A DNA stretch of 62,293 nucleotides from a virus. Its lineage: Duplodnaviria; Caudoviricetes. The DNA lies in the IMG/VR virus record IMGVR_UViG_3300031726_000004, positions 1 through 62,293 of that record. One strand, 5' to 3'. Both the position numbers and the translations under genes were made by a program. A model generated the notes under the pieces. That model was not told where the DNA came from. It was given only the letters and a program-made list of their open reading frames with translations, and made no database searches. Below are positions 9,626 through 20,523 of this stretch, in pieces. Each line of letters begins with the position of its first letter. Within the stretch, counting starts at the first letter, position 1.

Positions 9626-10761
9626 CCATTCAGCTTTCCGCCCGAGAAAATCACCGCCCCGGACACTACCTGCCATGACAGATAGTTGCTCGCGTTCGCC
9701 GCCGTCGAAAATGTCGGCCACCGCGCATCGATCGGGTACCATGTCGCTCCAAAATTAACCGTGCGCCCCGCCGCCGATCCTTGCGTCCAGTTAAATGAAC
9801 CACACTGCCCATCCTTGGCGTTGAGCGGATCGGCAAGCGTGATACTTCCCCCCAACGTGCCCTTGAAATTGATACCGGTCGCCAGATCAAGCGTCACGGC
9901 CCCTGACAATGCGTTACCAAGATCAACAGGCAACGCCGCTGACCATACTGCATTGGCAGTGATAGCTTTGTTCGCAGCGTTGCCGATAAAGGTCGCGGCC
10001 GTTGCCCAAATATTGGAAGCAAGATCACCGAACCCCGCCGACGACAACACCGCCAACGCACCAAGACCAAGAGCGCTCCGCGCCGCTGGCTTGTCAGGTA
10101 AATCGGAAAGCCCATTCGCCTTGAGCAGCGCATTAGAAATCGGCGCTAGCACCGCAATCAATGCGGTAGCAATCGCATTGGTGGCGTTGTCAGCCTGCGT
10201 TGTCGTATAGGCACCGACTTGCGCCGCTGTTACTTCATGCGGATTATCAGTTCGGGTTGCGTGCCCGGTTTCGGGTGGCGTGCCCACCCGGAACAACCAA
10301 TCGGAAAACTCACCATTCCCCTCGGCAGATATGATCGACACTGACAACAACCGCTTGCCGCGATCGAACAATTGCACACGCGCCAACATCTGATTTTCTG
10401 GTGCGGCGGCAGCACGGATCGAGACATAATCGGTGTAAACATAATTCGTTGCAGTGACCGGCGTGAGTACAAATGACATGTCGCCGCTTGCAGCAATGGT
10501 CTTGGTGTCCGTACTCTCGGCAGAGAATGACGCACCAAGCGTATTGAGCCGCGATTGTGCTTCGACAATCATCGGAATGAAGACGTCATTCAATCGGCTG
10601 ATGCCGACCGAAATCAACTGATCTCCGATCGCTTGCAGATTGGCCGCATCGTTTTCGCGCGCGGCCAACCGCAAATCGATATCCTGAAAGCGTTCATTCC
10701 AGAAATCGGGCACACCGAGATCATCGTTTCGCTTGACTTGGTATCGAGCAAACCGCTGCAT
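9622..10761 (-). CDS. Tail fibre protein
   Basis: NPHEVTAAQVG and NGLSDLPDKPAARSALGLG fibre motifs. Confidence 0.75.
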   Translation of the reverse strand: MQRFARYQVKRNDDLGVPDFWNERFQDIDLRLAARENDAANLQAIGDQLISVGISRLNDVFIPMIVEAQSRLNTLGASFSAESTDTKTIAASGDMSFVLTPVTATNYVYTDYVSIRAAAAPENQMLARVQLFDRGKRLLSVSIISAEGNGEFSDWLFRVGTPPETGHATRTDNPHEVTAAQVGAYTTTQADNATNAIATALIAVLAPISNALLKANGLSDLPDKPAARSALGLGALAVLSSAGFGDLASNIWATAATFIGNAANKAITANAVWSAALPVDLGNALSGAVTLDLATGINFKGTLGGSITLADPLNAKDGQCGSFNWTQGSAAGRTVNFGATWYPIDARWPTFSTAANASNYLSWQVVSGAVIFSGGKLNG

Positions 10762-10988
10762 CAGACTTTCTCTGCCGTCACAATCGCATCAGCGATTTGA
10801 GTTGCGATCTTGCCCTTGACTAAGATGTCCAGTGCCGACGGGCGCAAGATCGTTGCACCGTCGTGCACTTTGCAGACACGATTAACGGTGATCTTATAGA
10901 GCGCTTCAGGTTCAAACACCTTCGGCACATCTTGTGCAACGGCCTGTGCTTTTGCCTTCGCTGGTTGTTTCGGTTGCTCTTGCGCCAT
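10761..10988 (-). CDS. Hypothetical protein
   Basis: Packed between tail genes. Confidence 0.5.
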   Translation of the reverse strand: MAQEQPKQPAKAKAQAVAQDVPKVFEPEALYKITVNRVCKVHDGATILRPSALDILVKGKIATQIADAIVTAEKV

Positions 10989-11024
10989 GATCTCTATTCC
11001 TTCTGCGATTGAGAACGCCAACTA

Positions 11025-13271
11025 TCAAAGCGCGTAATAAAGCCGCTCACCAATATGAAAGAGGTTTGCCGGCGAATTTGACGTACCCACAAATTCGATT
11101 TGGAAGTCAGTAGTCAAAGCCGGCGTGAACACCCATTCCCTTTTGTAACGCTTCATCCCGAGATCAACGACGGTCGTCGTCACCGTGTCCGCGATCTCTT
11201 CACCCGTGCCGATATGCAGCGCACACGTGATGTCATGCGGGATTTCGTCATAGTGTTCAATTTGCGCGACTACATGAATTTCGGTCGAAGGCGCACCCAA
11301 ATGCATCATCGTGGATACATGCTTGAACGCGATCTTTGGCCGCGACACATAGACCCGCGAACCGGTTATTTGCAGCCCTGCTTGCACGTCTTGGGTTCCG
11401 ACAAATCGAGCGCGAAATTGACAAAGCGGAGGCGCGTTGGTCAACACCTGTAAGTTATCAAGCGTCAATCCCTGCCATTCGCCCGTGCCATTCGGCCGCA
11501 TTTCGTAAATCAATTGACAGCTTGCAGGAACGATGGTGCCAGCCGTGATGTCGATATCTCGAAAGCCACCGTCCAGATTGATCGGCGCAAATTCGATGGT
11601 CACTTGCGAAGCGTTGAACCTCGCGCCCCAAACTTCGATCATCATGTCTCGGATCAAATCACCGAGATAGTAAACGCCGTCTGTCGAGTAGAAAAACGTC
11701 CCGTCAAGATAGGATTGACCGTAAGCCATGCCGACCCGGTGATTTGCGTTTGATGTCAACAGGATCGCGTAGCGCTTACCACGATCAAGAAACGTCGGCA
11801 CGATATCGATATGGTTCCAACCAACCACGATCGACGATTGATCGTAAACCTGATGACTGATCACCCTTGACGTATCAGGCATGCCATTCGTGACTTCGCA
11901 TAGCGACACGATGATGTTTTCCGCGCCACCCTTGGCGGTGATGTAGAACCCGAGCCGGGTTGCCCACATGTCATTCGCATTCAAAAACGTTTGCGCGACT
12001 TGCGCGCCGGAAATGGCGTGATTGATAACCTCCAACTCCCAATAGCTTTCCGTCCAACTATCGTGCCACCAATAATCATAGTTGGTCCAAGTGTGCCCGC
12101 CACCACCACCGGTCACGGTCGTTGTTTGATACGTGGCATAATTCGGCAACCAATACGGCGCTTGTTCTCCTACTGCATTCCATTGCGTCGCGCCGTTCGA
12201 ACACACCGAGTATTCGCCGCCGTAGCGTAGACGTTCTTTGTGAATGGTGACCTGCACCATCTCGAACGTCTGATAGCCGTACTGCGCAATGCCGATGTCA
12301 TCGTGATATGGACCAATCGATAGTTTCACGATCGACGTGAATGCCGGCAGCAACAATCCGGATTGATAATGGGCGTTCTGATCATTCGCCGAGAATAGCG
12401 AAATCTCAAAAATGTTGGCATTGGCGGCAGGGAAGCGTGCGCCCATCTCTACCAAAGCATCATAGCCAAGCAACGTCGTGTTGCCGCTGTCGCTCTGCGT
12501 GTCTTGCAGGAAATAATCCGCGCCGTACTGCGCATATGCCGCTGGCAACCCGACTTTTTCCTTCACTTCCGCAAGATCGCGATACAACGTCACGACATCG
12601 ATTTTTTGCGCGCTACTGTTAGCCTTGGCCGCAAGCGCCGCAAGATCAGATGCCAACGACGTGACACGCGGACCAATCATCGCATCGAACGTCTCAACCG
12701 TTCCTAGCCGGCTGTCCAAATCCTCGACCGATGACACCTCAAATTCCGGGTACATCGTGACCGAAACAACCGATAGCGGATCAAGCAACACGTCGCAAAT
12801 CTTGGCATTGGAAATCGGGATCGACGGCGCTTGCGGATCGGCGCTCTCCGCTCCATTGGTCAACGTCAACACCGCATCGCGTGACGACACCGTCGCCATT
12901 GCACGCGGCTCGGTGCGGCCGGTCGTCACATCAACCAGATAATCACGTTCCTCAATGTCGGTTTCATTGGTGACACCGTAAGCGCTGATCGTGATAATGC
13001 GCTTCGCCGTGCTCGGCAGCAGAGACAGCATTGATTGAACAGTGACAGACGATAGATTGAAGACCGCGCCGCTAAGATCGTAAAATCGTCCGGGAGCAAT
13101 CTGCACTTCGCTTTGCGCAGTCTTGACAACACCGAACCCGGAATATTTTCGGGTAGTCGTCACGACATCGGAAACGAGGTGATCCAACGATGTGCGGGCA
13201 AATAGCTGCAAATCGTTGTGGTCCTGCGCTTGCTGCTCCTGATAATCGCGAAAGATGATTTGCTTTTCCAC
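11025..13271 (-). CDS. Large baseplate/tail fibre structural protein
   Basis: 748 aa directly after gpI; VAQTFL beta-rich C-terminal part. Confidence 0.65.
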   Translation of the reverse strand: MEKQIIFRDYQEQQAQDHNDLQLFARTSLDHLVSDVVTTTRKYSGFGVVKTAQSEVQIAPGRFYDLSGAVFNLSSVTVQSMLSLLPSTAKRIITISAYGVTNETDIEERDYLVDVTTGRTEPRAMATVSSRDAVLTLTNGAESADPQAPSIPISNAKICDVLLDPLSVVSVTMYPEFEVSSVEDLDSRLGTVETFDAMIGPRVTSLASDLAALAAKANSSAQKIDVVTLYRDLAEVKEKVGLPAAYAQYGADYFLQDTQSDSGNTTLLGYDALVEMGARFPAANANIFEISLFSANDQNAHYQSGLLLPAFTSIVKLSIGPYHDDIGIAQYGYQTFEMVQVTIHKERLRYGGEYSVCSNGATQWNAVGEQAPYWLPNYATYQTTTVTGGGGGHTWTNYDYWWHDSWTESYWELEVINHAISGAQVAQTFLNANDMWATRLGFYITAKGGAENIIVSLCEVTNGMPDTSRVISHQVYDQSSIVVGWNHIDIVPTFLDRGKRYAILLTSNANHRVGMAYGQSYLDGTFFYSTDGVYYLGDLIRDMMIEVWGARFNASQVTIEFAPINLDGGFRDIDITAGTIVPASCQLIYEMRPNGTGEWQGLTLDNLQVLTNAPPLCQFRARFVGTQDVQAGLQITGSRVYVSRPKIAFKHVSTMMHLGAPSTEIHVVAQIEHYDEIPHDITCALHIGTGEEIADTVTTTVVDLGMKRYKREWVFTPALTTDFQIEFVGTSNSPANLFHIGERLYYAL

Positions 13272-13327
13272 GGGTCTACTCCTTAGTTGGTGTTGCCGAT
13301 CATCCGGGGATCATCGCGCGATTATCT

Positions 13328-14554
13328 TTAGGGTTGGCCAATCACATAGCTATCAACCCCAGCAAAGAACGGTTTTCCGGCGATAAAGAAGTGAGTTGGC
13401 CCGATCACCAAATCGATGTGATCAGAAAGCCGTTTCGCAGCACGCAACCCGCGCAATGCCTTCTGCAACGGCTCGCCATTGTGCGGTATCCAAAATCGCT
13501 GGAGCGCAGCTACTATCCCCGAGCCAGCCGCGAAAGCACTGCGCTTACCCGGCACCGATATCGTGACCCGCGCATAATGACGTGGCCATCCATAACACCC
13601 AACACCCATGAACTGCACTGCCGCGCCCCTTGGCGGTGTTGATCCATCCAACACGGCATAGCGATGAAAGATGCGTTCCGGCGCTGTCGTGGGGATAAAA
13701 TAGCCATGGAAAACCACATCGCAAAACACGCTGTAGCCACGCGTGCCGTCAACCGTAATCAGTTCGGGAGCACTGGAAACCGCGATCAACGAAGGCGTAA
13801 TCGGTGATCGCCACGACAAACCTGGCTGCGGTGCAATCGAAAGCAATCGTGACGAAGCGGTCGTCGGAATGTAATAGCGACCCGGCTGAAATGGACGCGA
13901 GCAGAAAATACTCTTGCCAGCCTGCGAAGGGATGTGAAGGATTTCAATCGAACCATCATTAGTAACGGTCGTGTCAGTCTCGACACCATTGACGACCCAC
14001 ACCGCTTTGCGCTGATGATGTAACAACGCCGTCGAAGGGATCGACACCGACCAATTGAGGGCAAACGGCGCACCGTGTAGCGAGATCGCGGAAGGTGCGG
14101 CAAGAAATGCTTTCCGCTTTGGAGCGTAAGACACCACACGATGATCGTACAACCGCACCTGCGGCAAGCGCGATAGCCATGCCTCGCGCGCTTCCTTGCT
14201 CAACGACGCACCGGAGAACACCCCCATTGGTGGCCGCTCAATCTTGCTCACATCGGCATCGACATATCGCGCGTACTCACGCAGGCAATAGGCAGTGCCC
14301 TTTTTTGCCTGCAACAACAGCGCCGCCGCCGTCACCGCGCGCTTGCGGGTTTCGTTCCAATCGTCTTCCCAAATATCAGCCGACAGTTCAAACGCCAGAT
14401 GCGGCAGGAATTGCGCTGGCACATCATAGGGACGCTTGAGCAGATCGATATCAACCGGCAACCCCGCCATGCGCGCGCCGACCGCCGACAACACCCGCTC
14501 GAATGCCGTCGCATTACGCGGCAACAGATGTTGATCGAATGTCGGAAGCGCCAT
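13328..14554 (-). CDS. P2 gpI-like baseplate protein
   Basis: LLPRNAT.FE, FLPHLAFELSADIW, KKGT motifs. Confidence 0.88.
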   Translation of the reverse strand: MALPTFDQHLLPRNATAFERVLSAVGARMAGLPVDIDLLKRPYDVPAQFLPHLAFELSADIWEDDWNETRKRAVTAAALLLQAKKGTAYCLREYARYVDADVSKIERPPMGVFSGASLSKEAREAWLSRLPQVRLYDHRVVSYAPKRKAFLAAPSAISLHGAPFALNWSVSIPSTALLHHQRKAVWVVNGVETDTTVTNDGSIEILHIPSQAGKSIFCSRPFQPGRYYIPTTASSRLLSIAPQPGLSWRSPITPSLIAVSSAPELITVDGTRGYSVFCDVVFHGYFIPTTAPERIFHRYAVLDGSTPPRGAAVQFMGVGCYGWPRHYARVTISVPGKRSAFAAGSGIVAALQRFWIPHNGEPLQKALRGLRAAKRLSDHIDLVIGPTHFFIAGKPFFAGVDSYVIGQP

Positions 14555-15465
14555 CAGTCCGACACCACCGTTTCAATCGTGACACCGAGCAGATGTGGGA
14601 TGTGATCGTCATTGCAGACGACATCGCCAATATCGATCACGACGTTATCGATAGCCGGGATACGCGCCACCGACACCAGCCCGCTTTTATAGATCGTCGC
14701 GCCAATACGCTCATTCATCGTCGCGTAGTTTCGCACTGCCGTTTCGATGGTAGACTTGATAAGCAAGGGATCAGGACCACGTGAAAAATACGCAACGATG
14801 GCCACCGAGTAATCCGTTCGCGCCGCGCGCATGACGTTGACATCATCCGTAAGCGGCACCGTGTCTTCCATGGCAAAGCGCCGCATCAACGTCGCCATAA
14901 CATCATCAGACACATCAGCACCGTTGAAGCCTGCGACGACGACGTTGACCCGGCCATCGCTCGGACTGTAGGCCCACGCGTCCATAACTTCAGCACTCTC
15001 GGTCAGCGCGAAATAGATGTAGGCCCCACGTGGCCCCACGGTTGAAAAGGCTTCCGGTGCAAGTTGAATGCGACGACGAAAGCGATCATCGCTTTCCATG
15101 ATTACCGGCACCGTATCGGTTGCCGGCACAATGACCATGCGCACGGTCCCGAACAGCACGCCAAGGTGATCAAGATCAGTGCCGACCGCATAGGCAAGTA
15201 GGACCGCGCGTGCCTTGTCATTGATCAGCGCACGAATGATGGTTTCGCGATAGGCATAAGACTGCAACACGATCGTCATGGGTTCGGTTTCCAACCCAAG
15301 CGTGTCGATCGGCGGCAGATCGGGACGCGTGACGCGCACAACGTCCCATTGCGACAGCACCCACGCCTTTTGCGCCGTCAAGATCGCCTCGAAACTCACT
15401 TCCTCAATCAGTTGCGGCGGTGCCAATTGCGTGAGATCGGGAGCAAGAAACCGTGTTGACATCAC
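14554..15465 (-). CDS. Baseplate J-like protein
   Basis: AVGTDLDHLG, ESDDRFRRRIQLAPEAFSTVGPRGAY. Confidence 0.92.
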   Translation of the reverse strand: MMSTRFLAPDLTQLAPPQLIEEVSFEAILTAQKAWVLSQWDVVRVTRPDLPPIDTLGLETEPMTIVLQSYAYRETIIRALINDKARAVLLAYAVGTDLDHLGVLFGTVRMVIVPATDTVPVIMESDDRFRRRIQLAPEAFSTVGPRGAYIYFALTESAEVMDAWAYSPSDGRVNVVVAGFNGADVSDDVMATLMRRFAMEDTVPLTDDVNVMRAARTDYSVAIVAYFSRGPDPLLIKSTIETAVRNYATMNERIGATIYKSGLVSVARIPAIDNVVIDIGDVVCNDDHIPHLLGVTIETVVSD

Positions 15466-15866
15466 GCCGCCTCTGGCAAAGCCGTGACGATGGCTTGTTT
15501 GAGTTCATCGACATCGAAGGCGAGCGTCCGAACTCCACTTGGCGTCAAGTCGCCCTGCAACGCGTTCGGTCGATAGATGACTTCAATCACCCATGACGAC
15601 GCGCCCGTGCGATCGAAGTCGGTGATATCAATCCGATAAGGGCTTAAGCGCGGTTCGAACAAATCGATTGCCAGCGCGATGCCCCAACGAATGCGCAGCA
15701 ACGTTTGCGCATTAATCGGCTCACCCAGCAATCGGATCACGTGCGATCCGACATAGCCGCGCATGATCCTTTCGAAAAACGGCGTTGTGAAAATCACCCG
15801 AACCGATTGCACGACATGATCCCAACCCGACAGCAGTTGCCCGGTTTGACGGTTCATGCCTGCCAT
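15462..15866 (-). CDS. Baseplate wedge gpW/gp25-like
   Basis: GMNRQTG...HVVQSVRVIFTTPFFERIMR..FEPR. Confidence 0.9.
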   Translation of the reverse strand: MAGMNRQTGQLLSGWDHVVQSVRVIFTTPFFERIMRGYVGSHVIRLLGEPINAQTLLRIRWGIALAIDLFEPRLSPYRIDITDFDRTGASSWVIEVIYRPNALQGDLTPSGVRTLAFDVDELKQAIVTALPEAA

Positions 15867-15869
15867 TGG

Positions 15870-16454
15870 TCACACCTTTGCGTAGGTCTTGAGTGCCGGG
15901 CCGCCTTCGGTCTCAACCTTCGGTCCCTCTTGATCCTTGTCAGTAAGACCAAGATAGGTGTTGCCGATGGTCTCAACGCGCGAACTGCCATTCAGTGTGA
16001 TCTTCTGCGACTTCGCTTCGATGCCGCTTTCGGTCAGAGTGATCGACGTGTTATCGCCAACCTTCAAGATCAGACTGTCCTTCTTGTAAGTAATCGTCAC
16101 CTTGCCGAACGTGATGACGTGTTCGTCTTCACTGTCCCCCGGTGAGGCAAAGGTTTCATTCCACGTGAACGGAAGCGCAACCGCTTGCCCTAACTCACCA
16201 GACGGCGAAATCACCGTCATGTTCTGCCCCTTGGTCGGCGGGTTGTGGAATTTGAAATCGCCCGCCTGTTGTCCGTAGGGTATCCATGCCGATTTAAATT
16301 CGGTGTCGTCGGTGTCCGGGTTCAAACGCAACCGCACTAACTGCTTTTTGGTATCGATATCGGTGACACGACCATGGCGCAACACGTTGGCTTGCCGGCG
16401 CTTCATCTCGCCAACTTCCGCCCATAGCTCGGCTAGATGTTCATCGAGCGTCAT
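15870..16454 (-). CDS. Baseplate spike gpV-like
   Basis: GRVTDID, SAWIP, HNPPTKGQNMTVISPSGE. Confidence 0.85.
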   Translation of the reverse strand: MTLDEHLAELWAEVGEMKRRQANVLRHGRVTDIDTKKQLVRLRLNPDTDDTEFKSAWIPYGQQAGDFKFHNPPTKGQNMTVISPSGELGQAVALPFTWNETFASPGDSEDEHVITFGKVTITYKKDSLILKVGDNTSITLTESGIEAKSQKITLNGSSRVETIGNTYLGLTDKDQEGPKVETEGGPALKTYAKV

Positions 16455-17311
16455 AGCGGATTTTCATCGCCCCTGATGATGATCACCGGATGATCACCCG
16501 GCAACGCAACAGGGTTGACTTCCTTGTCAACATCATCGGCTTCGATCCTGTCTTGGCTCGGATCAAACCCAATGCGCGACGTCGTGACATCGGTGTCCGG
16601 TGTCGGGTACGGTGGAGCAATGCCGATGCCGCGTGCACCCGCCTCGGTGATCCCGAGCAAGGCGCGCGCCTGAAGCCAATTCGGCAGAGTATCCGCAATG
16701 ATCTCCTGTTCAATCAGCGTCGCGACAGCCGACAACCCGTCGATGTTGGTTGACTTGATGGCGTCTAGAAACTCTCTGATGGGATTATCAGCAGCCATCG
16801 GGATGCCCGGCAACGGTTCGGAAATCGTATCACATACGAACACGATGAACCGCGCCGCCCATCGTGCGCCGCGCTCGCCTTCGCCGCTGCGCTCCGCGTC
16901 GGTGGACTTCACAGCCATCACCATCTTGCGAAACAACTCACCCCATGGCCCGGCCGGATCATTGAACAGCGCGCGCCGCACCTGCATTTCCATCAAATCA
17001 ATCGCGCGCTCATAGCCGGCATCACTTGCAGGAATTGCAACGCCCGGCCCTGTCGCTTCATCGGCTGACACTGCCCCGGCAATTCCGATTTCAGCGACCA
17101 ACGCTAGACGACGCGTGCCGCCATTGACATCAAGCCCGCTGATCTGCGCTTCGTCTTTATCGGTGAAGATCGACACCCACGGCATATCCGTGGAGCGCAC
17201 GGCCTCTTGCAGCGGCGCGTTGCGGGTGTCGTAAACCTGCACACCGGCCCACACTTTCTCTTTCACCGCTAGCACGGCAGCCATGCGAATGCACAGCCGC
17301 ACGACACTCAT
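16451..17311 (-). CDS. Putative tail completion/terminator protein
   Basis: Position between head-tail gene and gpV. Confidence 0.5.
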   Translation of the reverse strand: MSVVRLCIRMAAVLAVKEKVWAGVQVYDTRNAPLQEAVRSTDMPWVSIFTDKDEAQISGLDVNGGTRRLALVAEIGIAGAVSADEATGPGVAIPASDAGYERAIDLMEMQVRRALFNDPAGPWGELFRKMVMAVKSTDAERSGEGERGARWAARFIVFVCDTISEPLPGIPMAADNPIREFLDAIKSTNIDGLSAVATLIEQEIIADTLPNWLQARALLGITEAGARGIGIAPPYPTPDTDVTTSRIGFDPSQDRIEADDVDKEVNPVALPGDHPVIIIRGDENPL

Positions 17312-17706
17312 GAGCGGATCAACGCAATCGCCGTGCGCCCGGTTGCGTCGGGCGAAGCGCGGCTGATCTCATAGCGTTCATCGTTGCGCTCAAGCAACAG
17401 CACTATGTCTCCGGTTTGTGGATCGGTGCCGATGACGTCACGTGTACGAACGGACACCGCAAGATTGCTGACTGCGATGCGTTCACGAAACGGCGACCCG
17501 GCATGATCGCCAGCGAGGTTCACAACCATGTCTTGCGCAGTCGTAAACACCGCAACCACCTCGCAAGATGGTCGCGCGTCGTTCTCGGTCGCATCCGAGT
17601 ATTCGCTAACTTGCATCGGCACAATTCGAATGCGCTCGCCCCATTGCTGATTGATGACGCTTTCAACCCGCCCGGCAAGCTTGCGCCAATCAACCAAAGG
17701 ACTCAC
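17308..17706 (-). CDS. Putative head-tail joining protein (FII-like)
   Basis: Size and position after major capsid; PQTGD beta-barrel pattern. Confidence 0.55.
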   Translation of the reverse strand: MSPLVDWRKLAGRVESVINQQWGERIRIVPMQVSEYSDATENDARPSCEVVAVFTTAQDMVVNLAGDHAGSPFRERIAVSNLAVSVRTRDVIGTDPQTGDIVLLLERNDERYEISRASPDATGRTAIALIRS

Positions 17707-18722
17707 GTGCGCTTGCCCTTCATCAAGGTTTTCGGGCGCGTGCAGATGTTGAGATTGTTGGTTTGGCTGTCGAGATGAATACCCTTGCCGTTCGGCATGT
17801 CGTATTGCTTGGCATAGGTGCGTTGTCCCGGCCGGTTCACCGTCTCGATATAATCAGCCGGTGCGAAGTAGGTTCGGAACAGTCCGGGGACGCCAATCGG
17901 GAACATGAAACACTTGTCCGTCGGCACGAACAGAGTGCCACCCACAGCACCGCGATAGTTTTCGAAGATGATGCCGCCGAAATCGAACTGTCCCCAAATT
18001 TCGCCGTTGGGTCCGATGTAGGCCTGTCGCAACTGTTCGGCAGCGGGATTATTCAGAAACGTCTTGACCACTTCCGGATGGGCAATCAGGTTGTCGAAGA
18101 ACGTATCGCCGCACACCGCGCGCACACCAGCGAACGGAATGCCGTCCAGATTGGCACCCATGGTGCGCGTGATCTTTGCGCACAACAGACGCAACGCCCC
18201 CGATGCCGGCGTGACGTTGTCGAGATCAAAATCAGTCTCGACTTCCGCCACCACGTTGAACTCACCGAACAAATCAAGCGTGGTGCCATCGGCGTAAGTG
18301 ACAAGGCCTTGCACCGCGCCGATACGCGAATATTCGATGGTCGCTTCATGCGACAGCCGATGCAGCAACAGCCGCTCAGACACCTTGTCTTGCAGAAATT
18401 GGGTTTGATCCTCGGTGCCCCACGCGCGCACGCCCTGCACTTCCTCGGCCATCACACCATCATTGATTTCGAAATGCGGCACAGTGAACGGACGCCCGGT
18501 GCGCAGCGCCTTATCGATGGTCTGACCCGGACCACCACGCGGCGTTGGCGACACCAACACCAGTTGCCCGGCGCGCTGTTCGATCACAATCGTCGTAGTC
18601 GCAACCGGGGTTTCCTGAAACAGCCCGAGACTTCCCAACCGTCGCGGCTGAAACACGGGCGCGTTGATGGCATCGGTGAGCGACACCACGTTGAAAAGAT
18701 TTGAATGGAAGATGTCCAACAT
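17703..18722 (-). CDS. Major capsid protein (lambda gpE family)
   Basis: SLTDAIN, LGLF, FAPADYIETVN, SQTNNLNICTRP. Confidence 0.92.
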   Translation of the reverse strand: MLDIFHSNLFNVVSLTDAINAPVFQPRRLGSLGLFQETPVATTTIVIEQRAGQLVLVSPTPRGGPGQTIDKALRTGRPFTVPHFEINDGVMAEEVQGVRAWGTEDQTQFLQDKVSERLLLHRLSHEATIEYSRIGAVQGLVTYADGTTLDLFGEFNVVAEVETDFDLDNVTPASGALRLLCAKITRTMGANLDGIPFAGVRAVCGDTFFDNLIAHPEVVKTFLNNPAAEQLRQAYIGPNGEIWGQFDFGGIIFENYRGAVGGTLFVPTDKCFMFPIGVPGLFRTYFAPADYIETVNRPGQRTYAKQYDMPNGKGIHLDSQTNNLNICTRPKTLMKGKRT

Positions 18723-18817
18723 TGGACGGTGTCCTTTCCGAATAGCGATCACGCCCCGCGCGGCGAATGCCGGCAGGTTGTTTAATTCGCTGTGATGTTG
18801 TTGAGGGGGTAGCTAAG

Positions 18818-19186
18818 TTAGCGAACGATAATCCCGACCGTTGCAAGCGCTGCAATGGCGGCTGTCTTCTGTCCCGCGTCGGCAGTGCCGAAATTGAGAA
18901 CCTTGCCGTTGACTTCAGCATCGCGCACGATACAGGCAATGCTCTTGTTCACTTCGCCCACACCTGTCGTGATCGAATAGAGCGCGATGGCCGTTGGCGT
19001 CTGCGATCCATCGGCCGCCGCTGGCGCATACTTCACGATCGCGCCGCCCGTGGTAACCTTCGCAATCAGATCACCAGCCGTGATGGTTTGCGAAGCGCCA
19101 ATGGTGACGTTAGCACGCGACCGTTGCCCATTCGCTTCAGACAGAATGAAGCTAGCGGCAGGCCGCCCTTCGTTGACTGCTACCAT
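18818..19186 (-). CDS. Head decoration protein (gpD-like)
   Basis: FILSEANGQRSR, ADGSQTP, IVRDAEV, LATVGIIVR. Confidence 0.88.
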   Translation of the reverse strand: MVAVNEGRPAASFILSEANGQRSRANVTIGASQTITAGDLIAKVTTGGAIVKYAPAAADGSQTPTAIALYSITTGVGEVNKSIACIVRDAEVNGKVLNFGTADAGQKTAAIAALATVGIIVR

Positions 19187-19221
19187 ATCAAAATCCTCCT
19201 GTTGACTTCATGTCCCGACAT

Positions 19222-20523
19222 TCAATGCGATGACGGCAGCGTCGCGCCGACCCGCGCTAGCGACGACCGCCAACTAGCCTTTGGATCGGGCCGCGTCTCG
19301 GTACCACCGAGATCAAACGACAACGGAGCCGCTGACCTCTCCGCAATCGTTGGCCCCGTTGCCGTCAATGTCGCGACCACTGCAACCGGCAACGTTGCCA
19401 GCAATGATTTCGCCTCATCCACCGACAGCGAAGTTTTCAACGCAAGATTTTGCGCCTGCGGCTCACGCCCTTTGGCTTCCTCGCATGTCAGGATTGCAGT
19501 GATCCGCGCTTGCGCGGCTGCGGCACCTTCGGCGCGAATGGCGGATGCATCGACTTGAGTCGTAGCGGCGATCTCTGCGGGATTTGCATTCATGGTCAGT
19601 CTCCGTTGGTTGCTGCGGGTTGAAGCCGACAGACGCGAAAGCGTTTCGGCAAACGTGCCGACACGATCGGCAAGGCCTTTTGCCTCGGCCTCGGCACCAA
19701 TGAAGGTGTCTGCCTCGGTGGCCCGGATCATATCGTTAGTAAGCGACGGCCTGCCGGCTGAAACCGTCTCCACGAAACGATCATAAAACGTATTGACGTC
19801 CCGTTGCAGCGCGGCCTTCACGTCCTCGGACAATGGCCCGAACGGATTGCCGTCAACCTTGTGCGCGCCCGCAAAAATCAGCGTCGGCGTGCGTCCCTTG
19901 TTTTTCAATTCCTGGGATTGGTCCATATGCATCATCACAACGCCGATCGAACCGGTGATCGATGTCGGTGACACCACGATCTCAGTTGCGGCGCTGGCGA
20001 GACCGTAAGCAGCGCTTGCGGCCATATCGTTGACAAGCGCGGTGATCGGTTTGATTTGCCGGGATGCCATGATCTGTTGCGCAAGCGCAAACATCCCCAT
20101 TGCTTCGCCGCCCGGACTATCAATATCGAGCATGATTGCTGCAACGTTCGGATCGGCAATCGCAGCCGCGATTTGCACCCCGAGCCCTTCATAAGACGTA
20201 AACCCCGAACTGTCCTCACCAATGAAAGCGCCACGATTGATCAACGTGCCAATTACCGGGATCACGGCAACACCGTTCGCCACGTTGTAAAGCACCTCAA
20301 GCAAGCGCCCGCGTTCATCGGTCGGGCCGGTTGGATCACCGACCAAACGGTTGCCGGTTGGCCTGATCTGCTTGAAGGCGTCCGGTATGCCGGCGAGATC
20401 AATCGACGTCGGATCAAACCCGATACGCTCGCCTAGCACCGCCGCAATCACACATGCCTTGTAACGATGAATGAACAACGGTCGTCCGAGAACGCGATCG
20501 GCGACATGAGATAGATACGTCAT
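19222..20523 (-). CDS. S49-family head maturation protease with C-terminal scaffold (lambda C/Nu3-like)
   Basis: DIDSPGG, MAASAAY, TGSIGV, GAHKVDGNP motifs. Confidence 0.92.
   Translation of the reverse strand: MTYLSHVADRVLGRPLFIHRYKACVIAAVLGERIGFDPTSIDLAGIPDAFKQIRPTGNRLVGDPTGPTDERGRLLEVLYNVANGVAVIPVIGTLINRGAFIGEDSSGFTSYEGLGVQIAAAIADPNVAAIMLDIDSPGGEAMGMFALAQQIMASRQIKPITALVNDMAASAAYGLASAATEIVVSPTSITGSIGVVMMHMDQSQELKNKGRTPTLIFAGAHKVDGNPFGPLSEDVKAALQRDVNTFYDRFVETVSAGRPSLTNDMIRATEADTFIGAEAEAKGLADRVGTFAETLSRLSASTRSNQRRLTMNANPAEIAATTQVDASAIRAEGAAAAQARITAILTCEEAKGREPQAQNLALKTSLSVDEAKSLLATLPVAVVATLTATGPTIAERSAAPLSFDLGGTETRPDPKASWRSSLARVGATLPSSH

Noticed and set aside
8401-13271. Diversity-generating retroelement or tail-fibre inversion system
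   Set aside because: No reverse transcriptase, template/variable repeat pair or invertase seen.
17763-19558. Long plus-strand ORFs antisense to the capsid genes
   Set aside because: Shadow ORFs of GC-rich coding sequence with no motifs.
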